Shown here: positions 61,157 through 64,000 of the stretch, piece by piece
How positions within the stretch are numbered: position 1 is the first letter of the stretch
Layout of the letters: each line of letters starts with the position of its first letter
Source: Selaginella moellendorffii
Taxonomy: Eukaryota > Plantae > Lycopodiophyta
NCBI RefSeq assembly: GCF_000143415.4
Contig: NW_003314281.1
Coordinates: 1,837,882 to 1,901,881 of the forward strand
Direction of reading: 5' to 3'
DNA length: 64,000 nt
Position numbers and translations under genes: made by a program
The notes under the pieces: model-generated
Seen by the model: only the letters and a program-made list of their open reading frames with translations
Database searches by the model: none
Told to the model about the DNA's origin: nothing

Positions 61157-62358
61157 ATGGCGCTGGTGATCGGCGCGGCTGCATGGTGTGCTAGGACGCT
61201 GCTCGTCCTTGTCCCGCTCGAAATCCCCATTCTCGGCGGCAACGCGGACGTGAGCGGCGGCAATATGAGCATTTGTGTCCCGGAGAATAGGCGCGAATGG
61301 ATCCGCCAAGGAGAATCGCTCGTCAGATCCTCGATCGGGCGGGCGCTCTGCCAGGTACGATCCATATTTCGAATCACTGGATGGATATTTCGTGATCGCT
61401 GATCGATTTCCATCGCTCCAGGTCTTGGATCTCGTGATCGACATCCCCGTAACGTCGCGCAAGTATGAATTCGCTCGCTCCCTGGCGGACAGGATCCTCG
61501 CGGACAACTCCCGCTATGGCGGCCCGGTGCTCAAGGAGATCAACATCCGTGCGCTGGAAGGGGGATTCTCCCGGACTGTCTTCCTGCTCACCAAGTGCCT
61601 GGCGCGCTTGCATCGCCAACAGCAGGTCGAGGCGTGGGCGTGGCCGTGGAGAATGCTCAAAGATCTCCCATTCTCGCTCATCTTCCACTGCCTTCCACCG
61701 CTGCTCACGTCCCTCAAGGACGGATTTGGCACCGCGCTACACAACCCACTCATGCAGATGATCGTTCCCGCGGGACTGTCGAGCGCCTGCGATGGCGGCA
61801 GCAGCAGTAGCAGCGAGATCGTGGCGGAGAAGCTGGCCAACGAGCTGCTGTGGATGGCGCAGCGCCTCAAGCAAAACTCGGCGCTGGAGGTTGCCATACT
61901 CCACTGGAGCTCCGCCACCCAACTAGCCCAGTGGTCTCTCACTTCCAGCTCTAGAGTCCAAAAGCTCCTCGTCAAGCTCTCAGGTAGCAACCATAATTTC
62001 TTTCTTTCTTCCTCCGGCCAACTCTGTTCTTTGTTTCTCTCTTGCAGCGTTTCTTTGTGCTGGGCTCGTTTCGCTGGATGTGGAGCTCCAGCCCGAGGTA
62101 ACTCTGCGATTGTTGCTTCTCTGGCTGCCGCTGCTGTGTAGAACCAGCCATGCAATCGACGAGACGACGCTGAGCTCCTCGGATAAGATCGACACGGAGC
62201 AAATCCTGTCCAAAGTCATCCAGCGCCTGCCCGATTCTTACCAGGAGCTTGTTCTCGCGATGTGGCTCACCGAGTACGTTGGTTCCTCGTCCGACTGGCC
62301 AAACATCCAAGGCTGCTACCACGGCTGGTGCCAGTCGACCCGCAAGCTCTACTATTGA
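61157..62358 (+). CDS. Uncharacterised conserved plant protein (At5g64230/At3g19920-like, from memory); three exons
   Basis: AEKLANELLWMAQRL, LLLLWLPLLCR, and C-terminal SDWPNIQGCYHGWCQSTRKL. Introns at 61355..61420 and ~61984..62048 splice in frame. Confidence 0.7.
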
Positions 62359-62459
62359 TGAGAATAAGTATTCTTTGATATTGTTCGCGAGAAGAGGTAC
62401 GTAGGATTTCCTGTAAGTATTTGAAGCGGTTTAATGTCCATTGGTGTGTTTTTGCGTTC

Positions 62460-63929
62460 TTATAACTCGGTGACGGTCTTGCCATGGACGAATTTCAGTG
62501 CCATGACGACGGTTTTGAGCAGTGCCACTGCCGCAGTGGAGAGATTTTCTAAGAATTCTTCAGTTGTGGGCCGCACGCCGTCGACGATGTCAGTGACTGA
62601 CTTGAGAAGAATCGCTGGAACTGACAGGAGATTTGTCACGTACACGACTGCTGCTCCCTGCGAAGAACGAAACGAGTTAAAAACAAAGGCAAGCTTTTGA
62701 ATTTGCGCTTTGCCTCCATGTCTTTGATGGAGGCGTCGTTCGATTTGATTAGCTGCTCGTCTTGCTGGGTCATGTCTAAAGAGTTTCCAGTCGAGAGGTT
62801 GCCTTCCTGATAAAAGAGAGAGAGCTTATAAGAAACTAAAGCATGCTTGTAGAGTCAACCTTGAAACCAAGAGCAGCGATCATGTTTGGGACTGCGGTAC
62901 ACTTTGTGGTGGCAATGCCATACGTATCAAAGATCTGGAACAACAAGGAAGAAAAGAACGGAGGATCAAATTAAAAAGTTATAAGAGGGACGCACCGGGA
63001 TGGGGATTCTTCGATCGTGATAGGCTACTTGAGTCGCGAGAAAAACGTCTCCAACGCAAGCTCCTTTTGCCTGGAGGTTTGTAAAAGGAATTCGATCGAT
63101 CCACCACCAATGCAAGCTTATCATTCGTCACCTTGAATCCGCCGGCAGTTCCAGCATTGATCACCAGGTCGGGTTGTAGAGCCTGGATCGCCGCGAATGT
63201 CGCAAGAGCTAATGGTACAGTTCCTACGTTGTCTACTCCTGCCAAGAACACAAACTACTTCAAAAACTTTGTTTTAAGAAAATCACGAAGCACGGAAACT
63301 AAACAACAATTACTTCAAGCATGAGAAGAACCAAACTTTCAAGTTACCAAAGAAAATCACGATGAGAATTTCTTCAAGCATGAGAAGAACCAAAACTATC
63401 AAGTTACCAAAGAAAATCACGATGGAAACTAAACAAAAATTTCTTCAAGCATGAGAAGAACCAAACTATGAAGTTACCAAAATCACAACCACGAGAAATA
63501 AATCCAAACTATCATAGATAGACTAGCTAAGAACACAAAGGTAACTTGCCACAAAATTTCTTGAAGCATGAGAAGAACCAAACTATCAAGTTACCAAATC
63601 ACAACCACGAGAAATAAATCCAAACTATCATAGATAGACTTGCTAAGAACACAAAGATAACTTGCCACAAAATTTTTTCCAAGAGAAAGAACCAAACTGT
63701 CAAGTTACCACCACCACGAGAAATAAATCCAAACTATCATAGGACTTGCTAAGAACACGAAGAATCTATTGCTAAAACACAAAGAGCAACAAGAACACCA
63801 AGCAAGAGAAACAAAGAAAGACTCGCGTACCAAAAATGGGGCATTTCCCAGGCACTACCACATCAATGTCGAGTAGTCCCTCTTCCAGGCTCCCAGTGTA
63901 TCGGATCCACGGCACGCCCTTTGGAAAAC
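62460..63929 (-). CDS. MTN: 5'-methylthioadenosine/S-adenosylhomocysteine nucleosidase, partial (5' end beyond the window)
   Basis: FPKGVPW, GVDNVGTVP, PDLVINAGTAGGFK, HDRRIPIP, LSTGNSLDM, KDMEGAAV, VTDIVDG...EEFLENL. Confidence 0.92.
63280..63780. repeat. Intronic compound tandem repeat in MTN
   Basis: Units built from caagcatgagaagaaccaaactatcaagttaccaaa (about 5 copies) and accacgagaaataaatccaaactatcatag (3 copies). Confidence 0.85.
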
Positions 63930-64000
63930 TGATCCAAGCAAGAGCACAGAAGTGATCCAAATCCGAGCTAAGACGAGCAGTGCGAGGGATTTTGGGGGCT

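Noticed and set aside
63280-63780. CRISPR-like array
   Set aside because: Eukaryotic intron; the inter-repeat sequences are themselves repeated, and there are no cas genes.

Overview
Gene-dense eukaryotic (land-plant) nuclear DNA with very short introns (mostly 50-75 nt) and tight gene packing. This is most consistent with the lycophyte Selaginella; that is an inference from intron size, PLS-class PPR content and protein features, not a database result. The left ~10 kb is AT-rich and decayed. It holds one intact GC-rich gene for a fungal-like putative PD-(D/E)xK-fold protein, a mutated 5.8S-ITS2-LSU rDNA fragment and a perfect 81-bp palindrome. Two tandem arrays follow. (1) 10.3-22.3 kb: an intact PPR gene, then three intact 4-coumarate:CoA ligase genes separated by decayed PPR copies. 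(2) 27.4-53.3 kb: a triplicated, internally scrambled segment [coiled-coil gene - PPR - cysteine-rich peptide - gene X - AUG5 - gene Y]. In it, only a 12-Cys defensin-like secreted peptide is intact, and diversifying, in all three copies, while every neighbour has at most one intact copy. Single-copy genes: tRNA-Ser, adenylate kinase, SppA, polygalacturonase, a calmodulin-like protein, a small secreted peptide, an epoxide hydrolase with a 5' lesion bracketed by two identical tRNA-Asp genes, eEF1B-gamma, an uncharacterised plant protein and a partial MTA nucleosidase. All exon models and alignments were made by eye.
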